Below are positions 15,767-27,349 of a stretch of 64,000 bases of DNA, in pieces. The position numbers and the translations under genes are program-made. Each line of letters starts with the position of its first letter. The first letter of the stretch is position 1. The stretch is from the human T2T-CHM13v2.0 reference genome, Homo sapiens. Location of the stretch: the NCBI RefSeq assembly GCF_009914755.1, contig NC_060940.1; one strand, given 5' to 3'. The notes below the pieces were generated by a model. That model was not told the origin of the DNA, ran no database searches, and was given only the letters and a program-made list of their open reading frames with translations.

Positions 15767-16200
15767 TTTCATGTGTGTCCGTGTGAAGAGACCACCAAAC
15801 AGGCTTTGTGTGAGCAACATGGCTGTTTATTTCACCTGGGTGCAGGCGGGCTGAGTCCGAAAGGAGAGTCAGCAAAGGGAGATAGGGGTGGGGCCGTTTT
15901 ATAGGATTTGGGAAGGTAATGGAAAATTACAGTCAAAGGGGGTTGTTCTCTGGTGGGCAGGGGCGGGGGTCACAAGGTGCTCAGTGGGGGAGCTTCTGAG
16001 CCAGGAGTAGGAAATTCACAGGGTTAATCACTCAGTTAAGGTGGGGCAGGAACAAATCATAATGGTGGAATGTCATCAGTTAAGGCGGGGCAGGGCCTTT
16101 TCACTTCTTTTGTGATTCTTCAGTTACTTCAGGCCGTCTGGGCATATACCTGCAAGTCACAGGGGATGCGATGGCTTGGCTTGGGCTCAGAGGCCTGACA
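15767..16200 (-). promoter_or_regulatory. HERV-H 3' LTR (LTR7 family, LTR7Y-like), complete
   Basis: 434 bp; minus-strand TATAAAA at 15897-15903 and AATAAA at 15826-15831; U3 block 'ccattatgatttgttcctgccccaccttaactgagtgattaaccctgtgaatttcc' matches my recollection of LTR7Y rather than LTR7up. Confidence 0.9.
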
Positions 16201-18285
16201 TTCCTGCCTTCTTATATTAATAAGAAAAATAAAACAAAATAGTGTTGAAGTGTTGGGGCGGCGAAAATTTTTGGGGGTGGTATGGAGAGAGAATGGGCGA
16301 TGTTTCTCAGGGCTGCTTCAAGCGGGATTAGGGGTGGCGTGGGAACCTAGAGTGGGAGAGATTAAGCTGAAGGGAGGTCTTGTGGTAAGGGGTGATACTG
16401 TGGGGTTGTTAGAAGAAACATTTGTCATATAGAATGATTGGTGATGGCCTGGATACGGTTTTGTATGAATTGAAAAACGAAATGGAATAAGAGAAGGAGA
16501 AAAACAGGTATAAAAGGTCTAAGAATTGGGAGGACCCAGGACATCTGATTAGAGAGTGCCTCAGGAGATTCAGCATAGTCCTGCCAGCAAAGATTATTTA
16601 TTTACTTCAAGAGTTTAGAGTGGCAGTTTGGGGATAGCACCAGGAGATATCAGCTGTGATGGCTTGGAGAAACAGTGTAAACCGGCAGTGTAAACAAGAG
16701 CAGGGCACGTATGAGTAGTTGAGAACGATGAATAGGAGTATGACTAGACAAAAGATAGTAGGGATGACAAGTTTTTTTGGGGGCACAGTCTAAGTTGCTC
16801 TGGTGTCGAATGAGACTGGGGCCTAATAAAAAGGAGCGTCTATACAGGAGCTTAAATGGGCTCCTGTACACCTTGTAGCATTCTGAGGACAGGCCTGAAT
16901 TCTGAGAAGCAAAAGTGGTAAAAGTATTGTCCAGTCCTTTTTAAGTTGGTGGCTGAGCTTGGTGAGGTGTGTTTTTAAAAGACCTTTAGTCCACTCTACT
17001 TTTCTTGAAGATGGAAGACTGTAAGGGATATAAAGGTTTCACTGAATACTAAGAGCCTGAAAAACTGCTTGGCTGATTTGACCAATAAAGGCTGGTCTGT
17101 TATCAGACTGTATAGAGGTGGGAAGGCTAAACTGAGGAATTATGTTTGACAGAAGGGAAGAAATGACTGTGGTGGCCTTCTCAGACCCTGTAGGAAAGGC
17201 CTTTACTTATTCAGTGAAAGTGTCTATTTAGACTAAGAGGTCTAATAGTTTAGTTTCCTGACTCGGGACATGTTGAGTAAAGCTAATTTGCCAGTCCTGG
17301 GTGGGGGCAAATCCTTGAGCTTGATGTGTAGGGAAGGGAGGGGTCCTGAATAATCCCTGAGAATAGCAGATGGAACACTGAGAAGTTATTTCCTTGAGGA
17401 TAGATTTCCACCATGGAAAGGAAATGAGAGGTCCTAAGAGGCGGGCTAGTGGCTTGTACTATAGCATAACCTGCCTTTGCTGGTGTGTGGCGATTAGGCC
17501 TGGTGGAACTGCCACCAATAAATCAAGCGTGATCAGGGTGAGGAGCAGGAAAGAATGAAATATGGGGAAATGGGGTGAATATCAGGTGGATCAGAGAGAT
17601 ACAGTCATGGGGGTCACGTGTGGTATTAGGAATAATGTGGGAGGCTGGATTGAAGTCCCGGTCAGGAACAATGGTAATTGTGGGACTTAAAGAGTGAGTA
17701 CAGCTGAAGGAGCCGGGGAGCAGAAAGTATATGCATCAGGTATGAGGAAGAAAATAGATTTTGGAAGTTATGAGAACTGTAGAGAGTGAGTTGAGCATAG
17801 TTTGTGATTTTTAGGGCCTCTAACAGTATTAAAGCAGTGGCAGCCGCTGCACGCAGACATGAGGGCTAGGCTAAAACAGTAAGGTCAAGTTGTTTGGACA
17901 GAAAGGCTACAGGGTGTGGTCCTGGCTCTCGTGTAAGAATTCTGACCACACTAACCATGCCTAGGAAGGAAAGGAGTTGTTCTTTTATAAGGGATTGAGG
18001 TTTGGGAGATTAATCAGACACGATCAGCAGGGAGAGCACGTGTGTTTTTATGAGAATTATGCCGAGATAGGTAACAGATGAGGATGAAATTTGGGCTTGA
18101 CGGAAGTAATGGGGGCTGTCTGTGAAGCCTTGCGGCAGTACAGCCCAGGTAATTTGCTGAGCCTAATGGGTGTCAGGGTCAGTCTAAGTGAAGGCAAAGA
18201 GAGGCTGGGATGAAGGGTGCAAAGGAATAGTAAAGAAAGCATGTTTGAGATCCAGAACAGAATAATGGGTAGTAGAGGGAGGTAT

Positions 18286-18960
18286 TCAGGATAGGAGAGG
18301 ATACGGGTTTGGCACCACGGGGTGGATAGGCAAAACAATTTGGTTGATAAGGCACAGATTCTGAACTAACTTGTAAGGCTTGTCTGGTTTTAGGACAGGT
18401 AAAATGGGGGAATGGTAGGGAGAGTTTATAGGTTTTAGAAGCCCATGCTGTAGCAGGCGAGTGATAACAGGCTTTAATCCTTTTAAAGTGTGCTGCGGGA
18501 TGGGATATTGGCATTGGGTGGGGTAAGGGTGATTAGGTTTTAATGGGATGTAATGGGCATGTGATCGGTTGCCAGGGAAGGAGTAGAGATGTCCCATACT
18601 TGTGGGTTAAGGTAGGGGGATATGAGAGGAAGACGCGAAGGAGGCTTTCGGTTGGGGAGAAGGGTGGCAATGAGATGTGGCTGTAGTCCAGGAATAGTCA
18701 GGGAAGCAGATAATTTAGTTAAAGTGTCTCAGCCTAATAAGGGAACTGGGCAGGTGGGGATAACTAAAAAGGAGTGCTTAAAGGAGTATTGTCTAAGTTG
18801 GCACTAAAGTTGGGGAGTTTTAAGAGGTTTAGAAGCCTGGCCGTCAATACCCACAACAGTTATGGAGGCAAGGGAAACAGGCCCTTGAAAAGAAGGTAAT
18901 GTGGAGTGGGTAGCCTCCATATTGATTAAGAAGGGGACGGGCTTACCTTCCACTGTGAGA
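18286..18960 (-). pseudogene. HERV-H pro/pol (protease and RT N-terminus) remnant
   Basis: Minus-strand translation LTVEGKPVPFLINMEATHST (protease active-site region without catalytic Asp) and QYPIP...LLKPINSPYHSPILPVLKPDKPYKLVQ...PVVPNPY (gammaretroviral RT start); stops and frameshifts present. Confidence 0.9.
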
Positions 18961-19133
18961 GTTACCGGAAGCTCGGCGTTCGTGATGGTCTAGGGGGCTT
19001 CCGAGGCGATCGGGCAGTGTCAGTCTTCAGCCGCTAAGCCGAGAAGATCTGGGAAGGAGTCAGTCAGAGAGCCTTGGGCCAGAGTTCCAGGGGCTCTGGG
19101 AGTGGCTGCCAGGTGAGTTGAACAGTCCAATTT

Positions 19134-19473
19134 TCATTGGGGTCCCACACAGATGGGACGCGGCTTAGGAGGAATCCCGGGCTGCGGGCATTCCTTGGCC
19201 CAGTGGCCACATTTCGGGCACGTGTAGCAAGCTCCTGGGGAAGGAGGTTCTGGAGGAACGCCTGGCCGCTGCGGTTCAGGCGTTTGGAAGTTCTTGTGTG
19301 CTGGAGATGTGGCTGGGGTTTGTCTCACAGTGGAGGCAAGGAATTGTAACTTTTTTCTGTTATTGTACACCTTGAAGGTGAGGTTAATTAAGTCCTGTTG
19401 TGGGGTTTGAGGGCCAGATTCCAATTTTTGGAGTTTTATTTAATGTCGGGAGCAGATTGGGTAATAAAATGTA
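19134..19473 (-). pseudogene. HERV-H gag C-terminal remnant with CCHC zinc knuckle
   Basis: ORF 19134-19424 contains CYTCPKCGHWAKEC (C-X2-C-X4-H-X4-C); second knuckle degenerate and ends in a stop. Confidence 0.9.
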
Positions 19474-19549
19474 TACTTCAGGCCATCTGGGCGTATATGT
19501 GCAAGTCACAGGGGATGCGACGGCTTGGCTTGGGCTCAAAGGCCTGACA
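19474..19549 (-). mobile_element. 76-bp remnant of the HERV-H 5' LTR (start of U3)
   Basis: Matches 16125-16200 at 70/76 positions and is followed by the TSD. Confidence 0.95.
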
Positions 19550-20221
19550 CCAGTTTGCCTTGGGTCAGGTCCAATAAACTACGATGAGGGTATGAGCTTG
19601 CAAAGTGATTCACGTGGATGCCTTGGTTTGCAACATGTGCAGGTTGTGGTGGCAGGGATAGTGGTGGAGTTTTCTTAGAAAGATATGAGTAGGAAGCAAC
19701 AGTCCTTATTTCTGAGAGAGTCTTACAGTTGCCTAAGATCTCACCACTATAGATCCCAAAGTCTATGGTCAGAACAAAATCTATCTGGATGTGAAGTCCC
19801 TGATCTTGCTGACATATCTGGTAAAGGCAGCATAAGGCTGACTCTCAGAGAAGCTGGTCTCTTGTTCAAGGTCACACGTCAGTAGGAAATGCAAGAGAGT
19901 GTTGTTCACCATTGTTAACTCTGTCCAACAGTGGAACATGCTGGAGAAGAGCCCATCCAGGCATTCATTTCGATCAGTTGTATTAACAGAGTTGCAGAAT
20001 TTAGCTGGGTTCCATAGTTAAACTGATGTGGATTCAGGTCCAGAATCTGCCTTTTGTCAACTGTGTGATACTAGGCCAGTTAATCAATGGATAAACAAAG
20101 TACTAGTTCTGGGAATCCAATCCCTGGATTCTAGGAACCTCAGTTAATCTGAAATGAGGATTTTCAGCAATATCCTCTTTCAAAGCCACTCCCAATCTCA
20201 AATTCTGATAAGGGTCTTATG

Positions 20222-20432
20222 CAGGAGTTGGCAAACAATATCCCATCAGTCAACTCCACCCATTTTTGTAAATAAAGGTTTATTTGAACACACCCACACT
20301 CATTCATTGGCATACATGGCTGCTTTTGCACTACAATGGTAGAGTTGAGGAGTTGCAACAGAAAGTGAATGACCTGGAAAGCATAAAATATTCACTGTCT
20401 GACTCTTTACAGAAAAAGTTGGCTGACTCCTG
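20222..20432 (+). mobile_element. MER58A (hAT-Charlie MITE)
   Basis: TIRs caggagttggcaaac...gttggctgactcctg; internal 'tttttgtaaataaagg', 'ctctttacagaaaaagtt'. Confidence 0.9.
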
Positions 20433-20559
20433 GCCCAAAGGGAATTTATTTATTTCTGCCTTCAACTCCCATGCTGTTTTGCGCAGTTCTTGCCTTTCCT
20501 TGGTATTGTTCCCCTTCCTTTTATGAAAACTTAGAGACCAATCTTTGAACATATTCTCC

Positions 20560-20750
20560 CTGGGATCAAATCCCAGCTCTGCCACTCACAAATGGTGTGA
20601 GCCTTGGAAAGTCCCATTAATTTCCTAAGCTTTAGTGATCTCTAGAAAATAACATTAGACAGATGTATGCCATAGTGTTTTTCTGTGACTTCAAAGGTAT
20701 AGTCCATGGAAGCTGCTTAGAAAGTGTCCAGGGGATGTTAGCTACTATTA
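20560..20750 (+). mobile_element. MIR
   Basis: 'ctgggatcaaatcccagctctgccactcacaaatggtgtgagccttggaaagtc'. Confidence 0.8.
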
Positions 20751-20769
20751 CGATGACTGTTCTTTTCTT

Positions 20770-20945
20770 TTTTAAAAAAAGTTATTTTTATTTGCACAAA
20801 TTAATGGAGTATATGTGAAATTTTCTTATATGTATATAATGCATAGTAACAAGTCAGGGAACTTAGGGTGTTCATCACCAGTGCACACTGCATTTGTCTT
20901 AACTATAGTCACCCTACTCTGCTATCAAATATTGATTTTATTTTC
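20770..20945 (-). mobile_element. L1MA 3' end fragment
   Basis: 'taactatagtcaccctactctgctatcaaa', 'tagggtgttcatcacc'. Confidence 0.75.
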
Positions 20946-21079
20946 TTAATTAATCACTCTGGGCAAGTTTCCATCTCCATGTTTCTTAACTAAGGAGTTT
21001 GACACTTAATACCTGGTAGCTCATGGTTAATACATGGTCTGGCCCAGAGTAAACACATTATAGGAAAAAGAGATATCTA

Positions 21080-21530
21080 TTTTAATCCTCACAACATTCC
21101 TACTTTGGTGACAATATCACTGTATTTCACACAGGAGGAAAATCAGAGTTAGGAAGGTAAGCATCTTACCCCAAATCCCAAACCCTGTGAAGATCAGAAC
21201 CAGGATTCAACCCCAAGGTTAAGGCCGTCCTCTACACCACCTAGAAATGCCAAAGTTCATAAGGAAACAATAATCCAGAGAGTTACCTTTCAGCACAGTG
21301 ATCCATTTATTTCCAGTTTTTTCTTTCTTTTTGCATGATTTTCTTTTATACATAGTTGATATCTGTTTGTTTATGAATGAGTATAACTTTATATCTTGCT
21401 TTTTAAAAATACACTATTACAGATGTATTATCATCAGAAACTCTTGGTAACCATAGCTGTAAATGACTTAATAGTCTGCATAGTATCAGTACAAAGTATG
21501 AATATGTACATCAGAATTTATTCACACCAG
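21080..21530 (+). repeat. Left arm of local inverted duplication (MIR + L1M-like composite)
   Basis: Reverse complement of 23188-23640; hand alignment gives about 35 substitutions and 3 small indels over ~450 bp. Confidence 0.95.
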
Positions 21531-23187
21531 ATTTCCAGCCAACCACGTGTTACACCCCCCTTAGAGCAGGAATAGGTACAAAAGCCTGCTGTCTGCAAGT
21601 GCCAGGGAGGACTCGCAGGATGCCTCTGCCCATTCTCTCCCCAGAACAATGAGTCCCAGACAGTGCACAGAGGCCCAGATTCCTGAGACCGCCCAGTCCA
21701 GGCAAGGAGTCAGGTCTCCCGGCCGTCCTCCTTAGGTTAATCAGAAGCAGGCACGCTCTGCTGAACTGGCTACTCAAAAGAGAATACAAATGCCTAAGTC
21801 TCAGGGATAGAAGGTGGGCTCCACCAAAAACACACATACACCCTCCCCTTCCTTTCCCCCAGCACAGGAAGCTTCAGGCTAAAGGCCTATATGCCTCTCA
21901 TGCATCCATATTCTGCATCTCCACCCCCTTCCCCAGCCGTGGGGGTTGAAGTTTCATTACATATCTCAGGAGGGGTCGTCATTCTTTTTCAATGAACATC
22001 TGGCCTAAGAGATCTCCTAATTAAAACCACCAACTAATTATTATCACCTACTCTTTCCACTTGTTGTTTATGATTTCCGTGTACTCCCACCTCACCCCCA
22101 AAACACATGGATTCCTTCAGGAATGGTTAGTCTCTCTTAGCTCCCCCCACCCACTTTAATGAGTCTTATGTCCCAGCCTTGTTTCTCAAGGAACTGGAGG
22201 TCTGGGACCCTGATTACTACCAGGGTTTCCAATTGCCTATTCTCCCCCTGGCCTTTCTGAAAGGATCTATTGAGAAAGAGGTCATGATTAAAGCCCTCAG
22301 AACAAGCAAAGTGTAATTGAAGCAGTGCCTGGCGCCTCTCTGCTTAACCTCCCTCCCCATAAACTGCAGCCAAGCACAGCAGGCTGCAGACCCCCTTCCT
22401 ACATCTCTCTCTACGAAGGAAAAGTGAAGTGTGAAGTGGGGGCGGGGCCATCCCAAGTCTCTGCAAGCCAAAAATGCAGGTAGCTAAGAGGAAACATCTT
22501 TGACACGTGATGAAGATATTTGGGAAAATCGATGCAGAAAAAAATTATGTCAGACTTGTCACAAAGAGAGTGAAAAATGTATTTATATTGCATACACTTT
22601 GGGTTCATACATGCAACTCAGACATTAAAGGTTATGAGGGACCCCTCAGGAGGGTGGTATGATGTGGTAGAAGGAGGCTGTGCTTCTGAAATGTTCTGAA
22701 TCCTCAAGATGCCCAGTATTGCCCTGGCTGTAAAAAATCTTGGAGTAGTTACTTCATTTTTAGCTTCATTTTCTTGCAAAACTCTTCCTTGCAAGGTACT
22801 GGGGAGGACTCAAGAAGCTGGCTTGAGTATCTAATACAGTCTGTGCATAAAGCTGTTTACTCATTGTAAATGTCTATCTTTTCTTTTCCACACATGCATG
22901 CACGTGTGTGTGCGCACAGGCACACTGAAACACCAATAGTTATAAAGCATATAAGCTAGGTACCATTATTTTAACTTGAGGGAATAATGGCTAAGATATG
23001 ATTATTATTAAGAAGGGAATCAAGCCTTCCTTGGAAGCTACCTCAAGAGCTCTTAACATATTACTACTCTTGGACGCTGATAAGTGCACTATGTTGCATA
23101 TAGAAAGATACTTATTACAGCATCATTTATAGTCCCAGGGCAATTAAAGCAATAAGGGAAATAGCTGAAACATACACTCAGAGTTTA

Positions 23188-23640
23188 CTGGTGTGAATAA
23201 ATTATGATATACACATTCATACTTTGTACCAATACTATGTGGACTATTACATCATTCATAACTATGGTTACCAAGAGTTTCTGATGATCATATGTCCATA
23301 ATAGTGTATTTTTTAAAAAGCAAGATATAAAGTTATACTCATTCGTAAACAAACAGATATCAACTATGTATAAAAGAAAATCATGCAAAAAGAAAAAAAC
23401 TGGAAATTAATGGATCACTGTGCTGAAAGGTAAATCTCTGGATTATTGTTTCCTTATAAACCTTGGCATTTCTAAGTTGTGTAGCGTATGGCCTTAACCT
23501 TGCGGTTGAATCCTGGCTCTGATCTTCACAGGGTTTGGGATTTGGGGTAAGATGATTACCTTACTAACTCTGATTTTCCTCCTATGTGAAATAAGTATAG
23601 TGATAATGTCACCAAACTAGGAATGTTGTGAGGATTAAAA
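23188..23640 (-). repeat. Right arm of local inverted duplication
   Basis: Reverse complement of 21080-21530; its MIR portion continues past the arm boundary (23641-23680), suggesting it is the donor copy. Confidence 0.95.
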
Positions 23641-24259
23641 CAGAAAATGCATGTAACATGTTTAGCTTGGCACATGATACTATAGTTCATTATGTTTTCC
23701 TGGTTAAAAAAATAAGTTGGAATGGGAGGAGCAAAAGCCCAACAGAGACCAGGAGAGTGGAACTTCACTGACAGAGGATGCAGCTGGGGCCAGGCCTGTC
23801 TGGTGCTGAGGGGGGGTGCCTGGCAGCAGTGGCCCAGTCCCTATCTCTTTCCACAAACAAACAAAACCCTTCTGGAGTGAAACTCCACACTGACCATCTG
23901 TGTTCATTCAACACCCACATTCACCCTTTTCACCCCCTGCAGGTTCCATTTTCAGCTTTTCCTTCTCTTTGATGTAGATAAAAATCTGCCTGGAGCAGCC
24001 AAATGTTTTAAAGTGGTGAGATTTAGACTGCAGGCCCCTGCCTGTGTCGGAGAACATTCTTAGCCACGTGGAGGAGACCAGATTGAGGTCAGCAGCACCT
24101 GGTGAAGGGGCCTGGTTCTTTCCTATGCTAAGTACAACACTGAGCCAGCCCATGGCCCGGAGTCTGCATTGGAAATAGGGGCTGTGTTCTGACTTCACTC
24201 AAGAAGCCATTAAGTGGAAGACTGTGGGTTTCCTCTTCAAACTCTGTCCCTGCTTTCTG

Positions 24260-24291
24260 TCTCTCTCTCTCTCTCCCCCTTTCTCTCTCTT

Positions 24292-24341
<50 letters not shown>
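24260..24341. repeat. (CT)n-(CA)16 compound microsatellite
   Basis: Direct reading. Confidence 0.95.
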
Positions 24342-24343
<2 letters not shown>

Positions 24344-26109
24344 CAAGATCTTTTTGGGGGCCCTAAATGCTTCCCAAGAATTTCTGTTATCCATTCCTAT
24401 TCCTGCAGAACCACACATACTTCTCTAGTGCACAACGGATATTATTTTTCAAGGACTCATATAATCTTGGTTTTCTCAATTTGGTGAACATTTCACAAAG
24501 GTGGGAATTGTATCTGATATGTTTGACATTGTATCACCAGTGCAATACAGTCTGGCAAGATAGATAGTTTGGTACCCAAGTGAATAAGTGAATATACCAG
24601 TAGAAGCTCTAACTGAATTTAGGAGCCCTGACTAATCAGAGTCTTGAGAGTTCCTGGCTGTAGAGAGGCAGGGAAGGTGATGCCATTGTATGGGACAAGA
24701 CTGGCTGAGGGATTCCAATGGTCCATAGCTCACTTATTCTTTCTGGCTTGCTAAGAAGCATGGAAACTCAGGGCCCCAACTTTGTTTGTTCTTTGTCTGT
24801 GTGTGTCTGTATGCACTTAGGGACTTTTGAGCTTAGTAATCATGACCTTGGGGGTAGCTATTATGATGCTCTCACTGAAGCTGTTTTCCTCTGTAGCCAG
24901 TCGTGTGCATTTCTGATCTCAGTGTACAATGTATGGCATGCAATAGACCCTCAGTTAATGTTTGCTGCTTCTTAAAATATTAGAGTGTGCAAAGAAGACT
25001 TGTAAACTAAGAGCAGGAGGCTCCAAAGACAGGTTTAATTTAAAACAAAACAAAACAACAACAAAATAACTCTCTTGTTTCATGTAAGTCGGACCAACAG
25101 AGGTTTAATAAACCTGTCTGCCCAGTTAGTTTGCTCAGGGAGGATCAGATGGCTACCTGGTGTCTTAAGAGAACAGCAGCAACCTCACAGGGCTCCTAGG
25201 GGATACCATCGTCTTTGGCCATGGAGCTAAGTCTCACGGCACTGTGCAACAGGGCCATCACTGAAAACCAATCAGCAGCTCCAAACGTGATCTCACAGTC
25301 TTCAGACACAGCTCAGGACTCCAGTCACTGCTATGTGATTCGAATGCACATACCTTTTCTATGCCCGTTTGGTTTCATATTTCAGTTTCATGCTAGGAAT
25401 CGGGATTTTTGTGGAGCTGACTCTTTAGTTCTTTGGGGACCCCTTAGCTTTGTAGTAATGCCCTGGGATTGCCTTGGCCTTGTCTGTAATCAGAGTTACA
25501 CAATCAAGGAAAAAGCGAGCTCGGGGCTGTCATTTCAAATGGAGGAGCAGCAGGGAAGAAAAAGTTATTTGGTTGTGTCTGCAGAATGACATTGAACCCT
25601 TCGAGAGGGCAGTGGCTCCTCCACCACCTCCTCTTCTGCTGTGTTCCCTTTGGGTTTCCTATAGAGGCAGTGGCTGCCATTTACAACTCCCCCAGAATTT
25701 CTGTCCCCATCATCATCTATCCAGCTCTCTGGCAGGGGTACATTCTGCTCCCCCGAGGTAACCTTGAAGCTAGTGTCAATGATGGATTTGCACAACTTCA
25801 CTTCTGAGTTCTGAATACATTTTTTCTGCATGACACTGAGGGAGGGGTGAGGTGTAGCGCTGGGCTGCAGCCACCTAGCTGTCTGTCTTCATTTAAAGGA
25901 TTGTAGCCTGGCTCCACAGGAGAATCTTAATGCTTGGCGGTCTTGTGTGTGCTAAAGAGAAAGAAAAGAACACAAAATAAACAGTAATGCCTGCACTCCC
26001 CAACCTGGCCCCCTCACCCTCTATCCCCCCACTCCCTTTTATTTCTCTTCCTACCTCTCCTTTCCTTAGCACAATATATATCCTCACCTGTCCTCCCTCC
26101 ATTCTAACA

Positions 26110-26220
26110 TTTAAGGCAGTACTTTATCTTTTTTGTTCTCTGCTGGATCTTTAATGCCAGGAACGGTGCCTGGCATATAGCAATCAGGCTCTGAATAAAT
26201 ATTTATTGAATGAATGGACT
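26110..26220 (+). mobile_element. L2 3' end
   Basis: 'aggaacggtgcctggcatatagc...aataaatatttattgaatgaatg'. Confidence 0.8.
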
Positions 26221-26736
26221 GGACCTGGTGACAGCGTGGGTTTGAGATGAAACAGATGGCAGTGGCAGTTCTGGTGCTGACAGAGAACAGCTATCTGCTC
26301 CAGCAGCAACACCTCCCTTCCAGGAGCCTCAGTTTCTACATCTATATAAGGAGGGTTGTAATTACCCAGACCTGCCAGACATCTTGTGAAGATGAAATGG
26401 AAGGATTCATGTGAAAGTGTCTATTAAGCTACAATATTCCATGTGTGAGTCATGGTTTGTTTAGCCTGATTTTAGTGTTTTGATTGCATTTTTTCTTTCT
26501 GTCGGGGACTTAAAATCCTTTTGAAAGTATGTAGAATATAAGTGATTCAGATAGAAAAAGAAAGTAGATGAGAATATTTCACAAATAAGGATGTAGCATT
26601 AAAATGAAGTTCTCACAAAAGTAAAAAAAAAGTACAAATGGTAAAAACACTTCTAAGAACAATTGGGAATCAGCCCATTGATGAGAGAGGTGACTTTAGA
26701 TGGAGAGGTGACTTTAGAAGTCAAATTGGTGATGAT

Positions 26737-26739
<3 letters not shown>

Positions 26740-26775
<36 letters not shown>
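26740..26775. repeat. (CA)n microsatellite
   Basis: Direct reading. Confidence 0.95.
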
Positions 26776-26778
<3 letters not shown>

Positions 26779-27349
26779 CAGAGTGGGCAAGGGTCCCATG
26801 AGATGACACTCATACATTCCTGGTGAAAATAGAGATTCTTACAAAAAATAATTTAGCATCAAGCATCAAGAGCCTTAAAATATCGATTTTTAAAAATTGA
26901 CTAATCTAACTATTTGGAATCTATCCAAAGAATGAATTGCAGGTAGAGTTGCATGTATAAGATAGTTCAACATGATGTTGTTGCTTATAGTAGAGAACTG
27001 TTGGTAATAACCAAATCCCTGACAACAGAGGAAAATTCTAAAAACATTTCCATAAAGAATAATGCATTGAAATTCATCAATCACAGATATTATGCTCTAA
27101 GAGGATTTAATGTCAGGGGAAAATGCTGTCAATGTAATTTCAAAGGAAAAAAAGAAAAAAGCTATATAGATGGCATTTTCTCAGTTTTCAAATAAAAGCA
27201 CATTTATATACAATAACTATTTCAAGTGTACAAACACAGAAGTAAAATTACCGGTCCCCCATAACATATGATAGGTACTACATATTTGCAAATTTTACAT
27301 ATATGTATGTATATGTAATTCATTTTTCTATCAATGCTTTTTTGTCATT

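Larger units (their letters stand above)
15767..19549 (-). mobile_element. HERV-H provirus, internally deleted (3783 bp)
   Basis: LTR7-type termini (TGTCAGGCC...CATGAAA on minus), polypurine tract at 16201-16213, gag/pro/pol remnants, perfect 5-bp TSD CCAGT at 15762-15766 and 19550-19554. Confidence 0.97.
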
